From a virus (taxonomy: Duplodnaviria; Caudoviricetes), in IMG/VR virus record IMGVR_UViG_3300017763_000144, positions 1 through 27,152 of that record: a stretch of DNA of 27,152 nt. One strand, 5' to 3'. Positions 1-8,376 of the stretch are shown piece by piece. Position 1 is the first letter of the stretch. Each line of letters starts with the position of its first letter. The notes under the pieces were generated by a model that was not told the DNA's origin, ran no database searches, and was given only the letters and a program-made list of their open reading frames with translations. The translations under genes were made by a program, and so were the position numbers.

Positions 1-389
1 GCAAATGTGATTTCCAACGATCCAAGTGAATCAAAATTTCTGTCTGATGGATAGAGAAACAAATCTTTCAAAATGATTTCTGAACCATTGAAAAATGAAA
101 TGATGTTTGACTGACCATTGAATGTGTAGTGTTCACCACTAACCAATCCCCATTGACCACAGACATCAAAAAATGTGTTCAATGTTGTCTTCTTCAATGT
201 GTCCAATTTAGACCTTCCAATCAATCCCCTGATGCCATCATACTTCAAACACATAGTGATTGCATATGCACAAAGGATGAATGATTTTCCACCACCTGCA
301 CCACCACCAAACAAGACTTCAGTTGTCTTGTCATCATTCAACAAATGCCACATGCATTCATTCTGTTGCTTTGTCAATTGTGGTTTCAT
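1..389 (-). CDS. terL: Terminase large subunit, 5' part (truncated by window edge; variant of 25808-27121)
   Basis: Reads MKPQLTKQQNECMWHLLNDDKTTEVLFGGGAGGGKS (Walker A); ATGA overlap with the terS stop. Confidence 0.9.
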   Translation of the reverse strand, partial: MKPQLTKQQNECMWHLLNDDKTTEVLFGGGAGGGKSFILCAYAITMCLKYDGIRGLIGRSKLDTLKKTTLNTFFDVCGQWGLVSGEHYTFNGQSNIISFFNGSEIILKDLFLYPSDRNFDSLGSLEITF

Positions 390-420
390 TCAGGTTTTTC
401 AAGTTGAATTTCAATGTTCA
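1..420. repeat. Terminal direct repeat, left copy (about 95% identical to 26733-27152)
   Basis: Manual ungapped alignment at offset 26732: 22 mismatches in 420 nt. Confidence 0.95.
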
Positions 421-721
421 CATTCTTTCCTTGGTGTTCAATTTCTTGTCTTTCTGTGTACCCTCTTGACTTTCCTTTTGTCTTCAAATAGAAGATGGTT
501 GATGTGGTGTCATTGTCTTTGATGTTTTCCATCAGCTTTGATTCCACAAAGTCAATCAGACCTTCTTGAATGTTTGAAATCTTGTCTGCAAAATCTTGGT
601 CATCAGACTTCCAATTGTAGAATGTTTGTCTTGATATTCCAAATGCTTTGCAACTTGCATCAATGTTGCCACCTTTCTTTTCAAACACTTCAATGAATGT
701 TCCTTTTTCTTGTTTCTTCAT
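386..721 (-). CDS. terS: Putative terminase small subunit (N-terminal HTH)
   Basis: GNIDASCKAFGISRQTFYNW HTH, C-terminal IFYLKTKGKSRGYTERQEI; directly upstream of and coupled to terL. Confidence 0.75.
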   Translation of the reverse strand: MKKQEKGTFIEVFEKKGGNIDASCKAFGISRQTFYNWKSDDQDFADKISNIQEGLIDFVESKLMENIKDNDTTSTIFYLKTKGKSRGYTERQEIEHQGKNVNIEIQLEKPE

Positions 722-748
722 TTTCTCTTTTTTATAGTGTCCATTTTG

Positions 749-946
749 TCAAGAATTCACTGTCTTGTGATTGTCATCCAAATCAATCAATTTCCAAACA
801 TCAATGTCAATTTCTTTAATTTGTTTGTATATCAAACGCACTTCTTTCAAGACTTCTTGTCTTTCTTTTTTTGAAATGTCAATTCCTGTCACTTTGATGA
901 CAAGGTGATGTGCTTGTTCCAAAAGTTTGTGTGTTTCTTCTTTCAT
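749..946 (-). CDS. Hypothetical protein (65 aa)
   Basis: Fits the - strand operon; ATGA overlap with the upstream ORF. Confidence 0.7.
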   Translation of the reverse strand: MKEETHKLLEQAHHLVIKVTGIDISKKERQEVLKEVRLIYKQIKEIDIDVWKLIDLDDNHKTVNS

Positions 947-1122
947 TCGTTTATCATTTTTATCAATTCAAAAATATATTTCTGCAGACAGTCACCACAT
1001 AAAAGGTCACAATGTTTTTCATGCACAATCAATTCACCTTCATCTTCTGAATTGAATTCATATTGACACCAAGAACATTCATGTTCATCTTTGTCATTAA
1101 CTATTGAAAACAAGTTGTTCAT
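943..1122 (-). CDS. Small C4 zinc-finger-like protein (59 aa, not in ORF track)
   Basis: Manual translation MNNLFSIVNDKDEHECSWCQYEF...HCDLLCGDCLQKYIFELIKMINE; two CxxC pairs; stop overlaps the next ATG. Confidence 0.65.
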   Translation of the reverse strand: MNNLFSIVNDKDEHECSWCQYEFNSEDEGELIVHEKHCDLLCGDCLQKYIFELIKMINE

Positions 1123-1330
1123 TCTTTTCTATAATTAAGGAATTCATTTGGTGTTGAAAAATTCTTGTTTTGTCATCATAGTAGTTTGGAACATGTCCAA
1201 ACATCAATTGAAATGATATGTCAGAATTGATGACTTTTGGAATGTCAAAAAATTGATTTTCAAAAGATTCATCATTCTTGTCTTCACAGTTATATTTCAC
1301 AACAGTTTGGTGTTTTGTTTTGATTGCCAT
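1097..1330 (-). CDS. Hypothetical protein (77 aa, start reassigned to MAIKTK)
   Basis: ATG at 1330 lies 2 nt after the stop of the upstream gene. Confidence 0.65.
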   Translation of the reverse strand: MAIKTKHQTVVKYNCEDKNDESFENQFFDIPKVINSDISFQLMFGHVPNYYDDKTRIFQHQMNSLIIEKNEQLVFNS

Positions 1331-1332
1331 TT

Positions 1333-1551
1333 TTATTTGATATTGTATTTTTTTGCCACTTTTTTGATTCCTTGAAATGATGTGTTCAAACAAGATGAAC
1401 ATCCTGTGTCAGGTCTGAAGTTAGAACCAAAGATGTCATTGTGCAGTGCAACCATTTCAATCCTTGCATTTCTGTCTTGTGCAGTTCCTGACCTTATTTT
1501 TGGAAATAGGACTTTCAGTCTTTCAATTTGGTCTGTTGATAGTTCAATCAT
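1333..1551 (-). CDS. Hypothetical protein with CxxC (CSSC) motif
   Basis: Start at 1551 forms an ATGA overlap with the upstream stop; GCSSC motif. Confidence 0.65.
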   Translation of the reverse strand: MIELSTDQIERLKVLFPKIRSGTAQDRNARIEMVALHNDIFGSNFRPDTGCSSCLNTSFQGIKKVAKKYNIK

Positions 1552-1793
1552 TTCCATTTGTTTTTTGGACATTTTTCAGATTTCCATTTTGCTTTTTCTT
1601 CAATTGGACATCCACACACATCACATTCTTTCCATTCATTTTTGGAATGTTCACAATCCATGCATGTCAACATTCGCAATTGCCAATTGAATCTTGATGT
1701 CTTTCTGAAACCATCAATGATGTGTTTGAAAACTGCAATTGTGAAATTGAATGCTTTGCTGATCCATGATTTTCTTTTCTTTTTAAATGTCAT
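1548..1793 (-). CDS. Cys-rich putative metal-binding protein (DUF6171-like pattern)
   Basis: R..TCMDCEH...ECDVCGC...KAKW..EKCP..KW. Confidence 0.65.
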   Translation of the reverse strand: MTFKKKRKSWISKAFNFTIAVFKHIIDGFRKTSRFNWQLRMLTCMDCEHSKNEWKECDVCGCPIEEKAKWKSEKCPKNKWK

Positions 1794-2370
1794 AAGTCAA
1801 AAGTGTTGTTTCTTCTTTCATTCGTTTGTTCAAGTATTTCATCACTCTGTGTGTTGTGTCAAAAATTGATGTTCTTGAAATTCCTGTCTTTTCTGCAAGT
1901 GAATTCAATGTCCATCTTTTTCCATTGTTTGAACCGAATTTGTAAAGTTTGAAAAGTTCTGCATCATACCAATACAATTCACCAAGAACTTCATGCATTG
2001 TGTCAACTGCATCATCAAGAAATTCATTGTGCAATTGGTTTCTGATTTCCTGAATTGTAGGTGTCAAAACATTTTTGTTGCTTGGACAGTATTCATCAGG
2101 AACACCTTCAAAGAATTCAAACATGAATTTCTTTTGAAATCTGAATTTGTAGTGATATGATGAAGTTGATGAATTCCACATGTTCAACATTATTCTGACA
2201 CAATAGAATTGCAATGCTTTGTTGTCATGTAGTTCCTGAATGAAATCTTTGTCTTTTTCATAAAGTGCAACCAAACATTCTTGCAAAAGGTCTTCATGGT
2301 CTTGGTGATTGTTTGTGATGTTCCTTGCAGCAACCAACAATTTTCCATAAAATTCAGATGTCATTTCCAT
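1783..2370 (-). CDS. Sigma-70/ECF-like transcription factor (putative late-gene sigma)
   Basis: Region-2-like DHEDLLQECLVALYE and region-4-like HTH WTLNSLAEKTGISRTSIFDT. Confidence 0.7.
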   Translation of the reverse strand: MEMTSEFYGKLLVAARNITNNHQDHEDLLQECLVALYEKDKDFIQELHDNKALQFYCVRIMLNMWNSSTSSYHYKFRFQKKFMFEFFEGVPDEYCPSNKNVLTPTIQEIRNQLHNEFLDDAVDTMHEVLGELYWYDAELFKLYKFGSNNGKRWTLNSLAEKTGISRTSIFDTTHRVMKYLNKRMKEETTLLTYDI

Positions 2371-2382
2371 TGTGTCTTTTCT

Positions 2383-2409
2383 TTAAATATAAAAAGGAAC
2401 TAAATGTTC
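2383..2409 (-). promoter_or_regulatory. Putative late promoter copy 1 (GAACA-N13-TATATTTAA) upstream of the sigma-like gene
   Basis: One of five intergenic copies; TATATTTAA ends 12 nt before the ATG. Confidence 0.7.
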
Positions 2410-2747
2410 AATTCAATCATTCCTTTTGTTGACCACACTTTTTTTGCAGTGACTGTGTGAATGTGTGAATCTTCAGAACATACTGCATCAAACAAAGCTT
2501 TCAGGAAGTTGTCAATGTCAGGTCTTGACTGATGTGGTTTTCCATTCATTTCCAAACATTTCTTCTTTGTCCAGGACTTTGGCATTGGCACAAAAAAAAT
2601 GACATCAACCTGACCTGAATCAAAGTTGATGCCATATTCCTGCAATGAAGATTTCCAATTCCAATACTTCACAACAACAGGTCTTTTTTTCCACTTGTCT
2701 GATTGTGTCATCCTTGGTTTTGGAAATGGTGCTAACTCAATTCTCAT
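2400..2747 (-). CDS. rusA: RusA-family Holliday junction resolvase
   Basis: PKPRM, FFVPMPKSW, RPDIDNFLKALFDAV..EDSHI catalytic Asp/Lys pattern. Confidence 0.85.
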   Translation of the reverse strand: MRIELAPFPKPRMTQSDKWKKRPVVVKYWNWKSSLQEYGINFDSGQVDVIFFVPMPKSWTKKKCLEMNGKPHQSRPDIDNFLKALFDAVCSEDSHIHTVTAKKVWSTKGMIELNI

Positions 2748-3054
2748 CTTCAATTGCAATCAACAACAAAACAAAATATCCAATCAAATCCTTGACTGTG
2801 TCAATTGTGTCTGTATTTATTCCTTTATTTTTGATTCGCATCAGTTTGTCATCTATTCTGCAACAGATGTTTTCAGATGCTTTTCCTTTGGCAAATATGT
2901 TTGCAGGTTTTGTTGCACTGTCACCATAAGATTGATTCTTGTGCAACAACATTTGTTCAACTTCATCAACAATTCTGATGATTTTGTCACTTGTTTTGAC
3001 ATTTTCAGTCACAGATCCATTCCTGTTTTCATCAAAAAAATGTTTGCTTTTCAT
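2737..3054 (-). CDS. Nucleotide modification associated domain 1 (Nmad1/DUF1599)-like protein
   Basis: LLHKNQSYGDS...RIDDKLMRI...DTVKDLIGY; start taken at MKSKH. Confidence 0.75.
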   Translation of the reverse strand: MKSKHFFDENRNGSVTENVKTSDKIIRIVDEVEQMLLHKNQSYGDSATKPANIFAKGKASENICCRIDDKLMRIKNKGINTDTIDTVKDLIGYFVLLLIAIEDEN

Positions 3055-3152
3055 GATGACAAGGTACAAAAAAGAACAAGTGAAAATCTTTTGTTGATTA
3101 TTGTTGGTAATTAATTAAAAGTGTGTATATTGCAGACATATTAATCAACTAA
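3055..3152. promoter_or_regulatory. Divergent control region with Bacteroidota-like -7 elements
   Basis: Only divergent intergenic region; TATATTGCA at 3126-3134 (+) and TACCTTGT near 3059-3066 (-) resemble but do not exactly match TAnnTTTG. Confidence 0.45.
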
Positions 3153-3473
3153 ATGAAAACAGAAATGACAAATTCAACTTTTTACAACCAAAACATTGCA
3201 ACTGAAATCAGTGAACTTCATGACCTTGGTCTGATGGCATTCAACAACACATCTTCAAATGATGTTTGTGATTCAATTGCATTCCTTTCAAAAGACAAAT
3301 CAACCAAAGTGAAAATCTTTGTTCCAAATGCAGACATCACTGACATTGAACAAGAAATGTTTCACACATTTTCAATTCAAATCTTTTTTGATGACAATGA
3401 AGAATCTTGCAATGATTTGGAATTTGACACTTGGAATGAAGTTTTGGAATTCATCAAATCGCAAAACTTCTAA
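3153..3473 (+). CDS. Hypothetical acidic early protein
   Basis: First ORF of the + strand operon, A-rich leader, followed by a terminator. Confidence 0.7.
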   Translation: MKTEMTNSTFYNQNIATEISELHDLGLMAFNNTSSNDVCDSIAFLSKDKSTKVKIFVPNADITDIEQEMFHTFSIQIFFDDNEESCNDLEFDTWNEVLEFIKSQNF

Positions 3474-3494
3474 TATTAAAGAAACACCACAATG

Positions 3495-3523
3495 ACCTGC
3501 ACTGAAACAAATGCAGGTTTTTT
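3495..3523 (+). terminator. Intrinsic terminator
   Basis: ACCTGCA-loop-TGCAGGT followed by TTTTT. Confidence 0.6.
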
Positions 3524-3565
3524 GTGGTATCAGACAAAAGTGTTTGACAATTTAACAACATCAAA

Positions 3566-3829
3566 ATGGAAATATTCAGAACAACAAAATCAGTTTCAGT
3601 GATTGAAACAAGATTTGTGGAACAATGGTTGAACATGGAAATGGATTCAATGAAACACAAAATTCAATCAATCAATGAATCAATTGCACAAATCAAAAAG
3701 AATCCAATCATTGACCGAAACACTCAAATGATAAAGTTTCATGAAGGAAGAATTTCATCTTATCATGCAACACTTGAATCATTGGGTTCAACATTAGAAA
3801 TCCTTAAAAAAATGAGTCATGAAATATAA
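3566..3829 (+). CDS. Hypothetical protein (coiled-coil-like)
   Basis: ATG start, fits the operon. Confidence 0.65.
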   Translation: MEIFRTTKSVSVIETRFVEQWLNMEMDSMKHKIQSINESIAQIKKNPIIDRNTQMIKFHEGRISSYHATLESLGSTLEILKKMSHEI

Positions 3830-4076
3830 ATTCAAAGACCTTGCAAGACAAGAATTTCTTGACAATCAAAAAGAACAAGCAAAACTTGAATTTGGAACAC
3901 AAGTTCAATTCTTTAAATTCTCATTTGATGACATGATTTTGACATCAATGATTCCTGCAGGAATTTCTGCAGTTTTATTTTTGTTGACCTCAATTGATGC
4001 CACATTGCTTTTTGGAATGTATGGTGCAAGTTGGTTGACAATTTTTGCTTTTTATCTAATAAACGGAACTAACTAA
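3819..4076 (+). CDS. Hypothetical membrane protein (two C-terminal hydrophobic segments)
   Basis: MILTSMIPAGISAVLFLLT and LLFGMYGASWLTIFAFYLI. Confidence 0.65.
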   Translation: MKYKFKDLARQEFLDNQKEQAKLEFGTQVQFFKFSFDDMILTSMIPAGISAVLFLLTSIDATLLFGMYGASWLTIFAFYLINGTN

Positions 4077-4088
4077 TTTTTTATATCA

Positions 4089-4640
4089 ATGACAAACTTG
4101 AAATCAAAATTGCTGAAAATTCAAAGTGAATTGAAAGCACCAAAGAACCAATTCAATGGATTTGGAAAATACAAATACAGAAACCAAGAAGACATTCTTG
4201 AATCTGTCAAACCATTATTGTTGAAACATGGACTGACATTGACCATTTCAGATGACACACATGAACTGTGTGGTCTTCCTGTGGTCATGGCAACAGTTTG
4301 TGTCCAAGATGACAAAGAAACCTTGTGTGTGACTGCACATGCAGGAATTGATGTCAACAAGAAAGGAATGGACATGTCACAATGTTTTGGTTCTTCATCA
4401 TCTTATGCAAGAAAATATGCTTTGAATGGCATGTTCTTGATTGATGACACAAAGGATGCAGATTCAGAAAAACCATCTGTCAAGGAAAAAAAGAAACCAA
4501 CACTTTCACTTGCATCAGATAACTATGACAAGGTTGTTTCATACTTGAAAACAACACCAAATGCAGACATCAATCTTGTTCTTGACAAGTATGTTGTCAG
4601 TGCAGAAATGAAAAAGGAATTAATCAAATTAACTAAATAA
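4089..4640 (+). CDS. erf: ERF-family single-strand annealing protein
   Basis: IQSELKAPKNQFNGFGKYKYR..EDILE.VKPLL and GSSSSYARKYAL.GMF.IDD.KDAD. Confidence 0.9.
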   Translation: MTNLKSKLLKIQSELKAPKNQFNGFGKYKYRNQEDILESVKPLLLKHGLTLTISDDTHELCGLPVVMATVCVQDDKETLCVTAHAGIDVNKKGMDMSQCFGSSSSYARKYALNGMFLIDDTKDADSEKPSVKEKKKPTLSLASDNYDKVVSYLKTTPNADINLVLDKYVVSAEMKKELIKLTK

Positions 4641-4648
4641 TTATTCAA

Positions 4649-4957
4649 ATGGAAATCAAAGGAAATGTGTATCAAATCAGTGAAGTTCAAAAAGGAACTT
4701 CCAAAGCAGGAAAAGAATGGACAAGACAGAATCTTGTCATTGACACAGGTGATGAATACAATCCACACCTTTCAATTTCATTCCTTGGTGAAAAGTGTTC
4801 ATTGTTGAACAACTTGAAAATCAATGATGAAGTCAATGTTCACATCAACTTGTCATCAAAAGAATGGTCAGGAAAATGGTTCACAAATGTGAATGGTTGG
4901 AAGATTGATTTGGTTGGTGTTGTTGAATCAAATGAAATTGACAATGCACCATTCTAA
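4649..4957 (+). CDS. DUF3127-family OB-fold putative ssDNA-binding protein
   Basis: GTSKAGKEW.RQ..VI...EY...GKWFTNVNGWKI; acidic tail ending in PF; follows erf. Confidence 0.85.
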   Translation: MEIKGNVYQISEVQKGTSKAGKEWTRQNLVIDTGDEYNPHLSISFLGEKCSLLNNLKINDEVNVHINLSSKEWSGKWFTNVNGWKIDLVGVVESNEIDNAPF

Positions 4958-4970
4958 GCATGGAAAGGTG

Positions 4971-5417
4971 ATGATGCAAGACCACACAGGTGAATTTCCT
5001 GTGTTGGTTTTTGCAAATGGTGTCAGAATGCCAATCATCAAACTTGGTGGTGTAGAACTGCCATTTGACTTTGAACCACAATCAACCAAAGGAATGATTG
5101 TTGAAACAAGACCACACAGATTGCTTGAAAGAAATTCAAGAAATGGACTTTTCCAGTTCACATATATTTTCCAAAGACCACAGAATCCAAGTGTCTGTTT
5201 TCATTTTGATTGGTTAACTTTGAAAAAATATGTTGACACAGACATGTCTGCAGTCTATGGTGTGAAATTCGTTTCAACAATGGAACAGTCAGTTAAATTG
5301 TGGACTGAATTGAACAACCAAGGTGTTTGGATAAAACAGGACTTTGAAAGACCTGCAACACCTGAACAATGTGCTAAATATTACAACAACAACAAACAAC
5401 TTTTTAAATTCTTATAA
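4971..5417 (+). CDS. Hypothetical protein (about 148 aa)
   Basis: First non-overlapping ATG of the 4893-5417 frame. Confidence 0.65.
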   Translation: MMQDHTGEFPVLVFANGVRMPIIKLGGVELPFDFEPQSTKGMIVETRPHRLLERNSRNGLFQFTYIFQRPQNPSVCFHFDWLTLKKYVDTDMSAVYGVKFVSTMEQSVKLWTELNNQGVWIKQDFERPATPEQCAKYYNNNKQLFKFL

Positions 5418-5418
5418 A

Positions 5419-5883
5419 ATGAACAAATCCAACAGATTTTTTGAAAATGTCACACCTGAAATCATGCAGGAAATTGACAAAATTATTGATGCATCTTGCA
5501 GTGTTTACAGAATTAAACCTGCAGACATCAAATCCAAGGCACGAATCAAACCAATTCCTGATGCCACTGCAACTGCATCCATATTGATTGAAAAGTATTT
5601 TGACATCAATGAAACTGCACTTGCAAAAATATTGAACAGGGACAGGACTTCAATCTATATATACAGAAGGAAATTTGATGACAGAAAATTCAATCCATCA
5701 TTTGAAGAAAACTTGATGAAGGCACAAGTGATTGTGGAAACAGGTGATGTTGAATCATACAGACACAATGTTTCATTGACAAAAAGATTGAAAGCTTTGG
5801 ACATCTTGATTGAATCAATGACAAAAAAGAAAGAAAAAATTGTTGAACAAATCAAAGAATTGTCACATGTTAGGATGGATTAA
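5419..5883 (+). CDS. DnaA C-terminal (domain IV)-like HTH protein
   Basis: IIDASCSVYRIKPADIKSKAR...LAKILNRDRTSIY resembles the Bac_DnaA_C pattern; coiled-coil C-terminus. Confidence 0.65.
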   Translation: MNKSNRFFENVTPEIMQEIDKIIDASCSVYRIKPADIKSKARIKPIPDATATASILIEKYFDINETALAKILNRDRTSIYIYRRKFDDRKFNPSFEENLMKAQVIVETGDVESYRHNVSLTKRLKALDILIESMTKKKEKIVEQIKELSHVRMD

Positions 5884-6502
5884 ATTGCACAGAAAAATCT
5901 TGGACAATGGCATCTTCACAGGTGATTCAGATTTGTTGAAAGTCTTTGTTTGGTCTTTGTTGAAGGCATCACACAAGACACATCAGGTTGGTGTTCACAC
6001 AGTCAATGCAGGTCAATTCATCACAGGAAGGATTTCTGCATCACAAGAACTGAACATCAAACCAACCACAGTCAGAAACAAATTGAATCAATTGCAGGAA
6101 AAAGGATATATTCATTTGTTAACAACCAACAAATTCAGTGTTGTGACAATTTCCCAGTGGTCTGCATATCAAGTTGAAGAACAAGAAGAAACAAAGGTGA
6201 AAACAACAATTGATGAAAGGTGTGAAAAGTTTGCAAAAGAAGTGTTTGCATTCACAGAATACAATCAGGAAATGTTGAATGATTTTGTTTCCTATTGGAC
6301 AGAACCAAACAAGTCAAAAACAAAGTCAAAGTTTGAATTGCAAAAAACATGGTCAACTGCAAGAAGACTTGCAACATGGTCAAAAAGGTCATTCCCTTCA
6401 AAAACTACAATGACAAACAACAAACCAAAATCAAAGATTTCTGAAGGAATTGACAAATGGCAAAGAGCAAGACAAATGGTTGAACAACAAAACAAAAAAT
6501 AA
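5867..6502 (+). CDS. Phage replication initiator (lambda O / replisome-organizer-like)
   Basis: GWIKLHRKI N-terminus, GQFITGR, wHTH ending VVTISQWSAYQ, C-terminal F.SYWTEPN...FELQKTW...RRLATW. Confidence 0.75.
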   Translation: MLGWIKLHRKILDNGIFTGDSDLLKVFVWSLLKASHKTHQVGVHTVNAGQFITGRISASQELNIKPTTVRNKLNQLQEKGYIHLLTTNKFSVVTISQWSAYQVEEQEETKVKTTIDERCEKFAKEVFAFTEYNQEMLNDFVSYWTEPNKSKTKSKFELQKTWSTARRLATWSKRSFPSKTTMTNNKPKSKISEGIDKWQRARQMVEQQNKK

Positions 6503-6503
6503 A

Positions 6504-6905
6504 ATGGATAAAGAAAAACAAGTTTGGTTTTTATATAAAAACCACAAACAACAATTGACACTTGATTGTGTTGATATTATTTCCAAGGCATTCTTGGAAC
6601 TTGGTGTCAGGAATGTCACTGCAGAAGATTTTGTGACACTTGCAAACATCTTGGTTGAAGACCTTGCATCCACTCCAAAGTTTGCAAAGTTTTATGTTGA
6701 AGATGTCAAAGGTGCATTTCACCATGGTGTCAGAAACAATGATGACTTCACACTTTCTGTGAAAGTTTGGTTCAAATGGTTGCATCAGTTTGAACCTAAA
6801 TCAAAGGCAAAGAAAGAAAAACTTGAACAAGCAAAATCACAACAATTGGAATGGGTAGAAAGAACAAAATTGATTGGTGAACATGTCAAAAAATTGAAAT
6901 CATGA
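6504..6905 (+). CDS. Hypothetical protein, possible helicase-loader/adaptor by position
   Basis: Directly after the initiator; function inferred from synteny only. Confidence 0.55.
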   Translation: MDKEKQVWFLYKNHKQQLTLDCVDIISKAFLELGVRNVTAEDFVTLANILVEDLASTPKFAKFYVEDVKGAFHHGVRNNDDFTLSVKVWFKWLHQFEPKSKAKKEKLEQAKSQQLEWVERTKLIGEHVKKLKS

Positions 6906-7279
6906 TTGAAGGATTTGAAAAATACACACATGAATTGACTGATGTTGAACTTCACAAAGTTCTTCCAATAGTCATCAAAGGATTGTCAAACAAAATTGGA
7001 AAACACAGTGCAGTGTCAAACAAATTCATTTGTGACACATTGAATGCAAAACAGATGTTTGGAAAATACAAATTGACATCACCAAGAATCAGGAAAATAA
7101 TCAACCACATCAGAATGACAGGACTTCTTTTGCATCTTTGCAGTTGTCAAAAAGGATATTTTGTAGCAAAGACCAAAGATGAATTTTTTGAATATCTTGA
7201 TGGACTTGGACAAAGGATTGATTCACAACAACAAGTTCATGATGCACTGATTTTTCAATTGAAAAGGTTTTCACAATGA
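6902..7279 (+). CDS. Putative winged-helix DNA-binding protein
   Basis: LTSPRIRKIINHIR..G...CS.QKGYFVA pattern; ATGA-coupled at both ends. Confidence 0.6.
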   Translation: MIEGFEKYTHELTDVELHKVLPIVIKGLSNKIGKHSAVSNKFICDTLNAKQMFGKYKLTSPRIRKIINHIRMTGLLLHLCSCQKGYFVAKTKDEFFEYLDGLGQRIDSQQQVHDALIFQLKRFSQ

Positions 7280-8376
7280 TGAAAGTTGGAAGTGATTTTT
7301 CAGGAATTGGTTCACCTGAAGTTGCATTGAAGAACCTTGGAATTGACATTGAACATGTCTTTGCTTGTGATGTGGATGAATATGCAAAGAAATCATTTCT
7401 TGAAATACACAAACCAAATGTTTTTTTTGATGACATAAGGAACAGGAATCATGGATCGGTGGAAAGACTTGACATGTATTTTGCAGGATTTCCATGTCAG
7501 GCATTCAGTATTGCAGGAAAAAGAAAAGGATTTGATGATATTCGTGGAACACTGTTCTTTGACACTGCAGAATTCATCAGAATCAACAGACCAAAAGTCT
7601 TTGTTCTTGAAAATGTCAAAGGACTGTTGAATCATGATGGTGGCAACACATATCAAACAATCATTGAACTGTTGTCAAATGGTGGTGGAACTGTGAATTC
7701 ACAAATGTCATTTGATATGTTTGAAGATGGTCTTGGATACCATTTGCACACTTGTCTGTTGAACACAAAGGAATTTGGATTGCCACAAAACAGGGAAAGA
7801 ATTTTCATTGTTGGATTTGATAAGTTTGCAGAATTTAGAATTCCAAAAGGTTTTGAATTGACAAAAAAATTGATTGATATTTTGGAAGATGAAGTTCCTG
7901 GAAAATACTATTTGAAACAGAAACAAATTGATAAGTTGATTGAATACAACAAAAGACAGACTGAAAAAGGAAATGTATTCATGGCAAAATTCCACAATCC
8001 AAATGAAGACATGATGTCTGCATTGAAAGTTGGTGGAAAAGGTGCAGATGACAAGATTCAGGTTGTTGCACATTCACTTTTTCCAAGAAGTTCAAAGACA
8101 GGAAAAGGTGGTTCAGGTAGTTTGTCAAAGACTGATGGGACTGCATATTGCATTGATGCACAAAATACACAAGCAATTGAAATCAAAAACACAAGAAGAA
8201 TCAGAAGATTGACACCTTTTGAATGTTGGAAATTGCAAGGTTTTTCAAAAGAAGACTTTGACAAAGCTGCAAATGTTTGTTCAGACACTCAATTGTTCAA
8301 ACAGGCAGGAAACACAATTTCTGTTCCTGTGATTCAGGCAATCATCAAGAACATCACAGATGCATTGGATAAGTGA
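7276..8376 (+). CDS. DNA (cytosine-5)-methyltransferase, orphan
   Basis: Motifs I FSGIG, IV GFPCQAFS, VI ENVKGL, VIII QNRERIF, IX RRLTPFEC.KLQGF, X QAGN. Confidence 0.95.
   Translation: MMKVGSDFSGIGSPEVALKNLGIDIEHVFACDVDEYAKKSFLEIHKPNVFFDDIRNRNHGSVERLDMYFAGFPCQAFSIAGKRKGFDDIRGTLFFDTAEFIRINRPKVFVLENVKGLLNHDGGNTYQTIIELLSNGGGTVNSQMSFDMFEDGLGYHLHTCLLNTKEFGLPQNRERIFIVGFDKFAEFRIPKGFELTKKLIDILEDEVPGKYYLKQKQIDKLIEYNKRQTEKGNVFMAKFHNPNEDMMSALKVGGKGADDKIQVVAHSLFPRSSKTGKGGSGSLSKTDGTAYCIDAQNTQAIEIKNTRRIRRLTPFECWKLQGFSKEDFDKAANVCSDTQLFKQAGNTISVPVIQAIIKNITDALDK

Noticed and set aside
1-420. Physical direct terminal repeat of the virion DNA (T7-like)
   Set aside because: The copies differ at about 5% of sites and start mid-terL; this fits assembly circularisation through a variant better.
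3055-3152. Lysogeny switch (cI/cro)
   Set aside because: The flanking genes are not repressor-like, no operator repeats were seen, and there is no integrase in the genome.
7276-8376. Complete restriction-modification system
   Set aside because: No adjacent endonuclease-like ORF; the neighbours are a wHTH-like protein and a convergent phosphoesterase.
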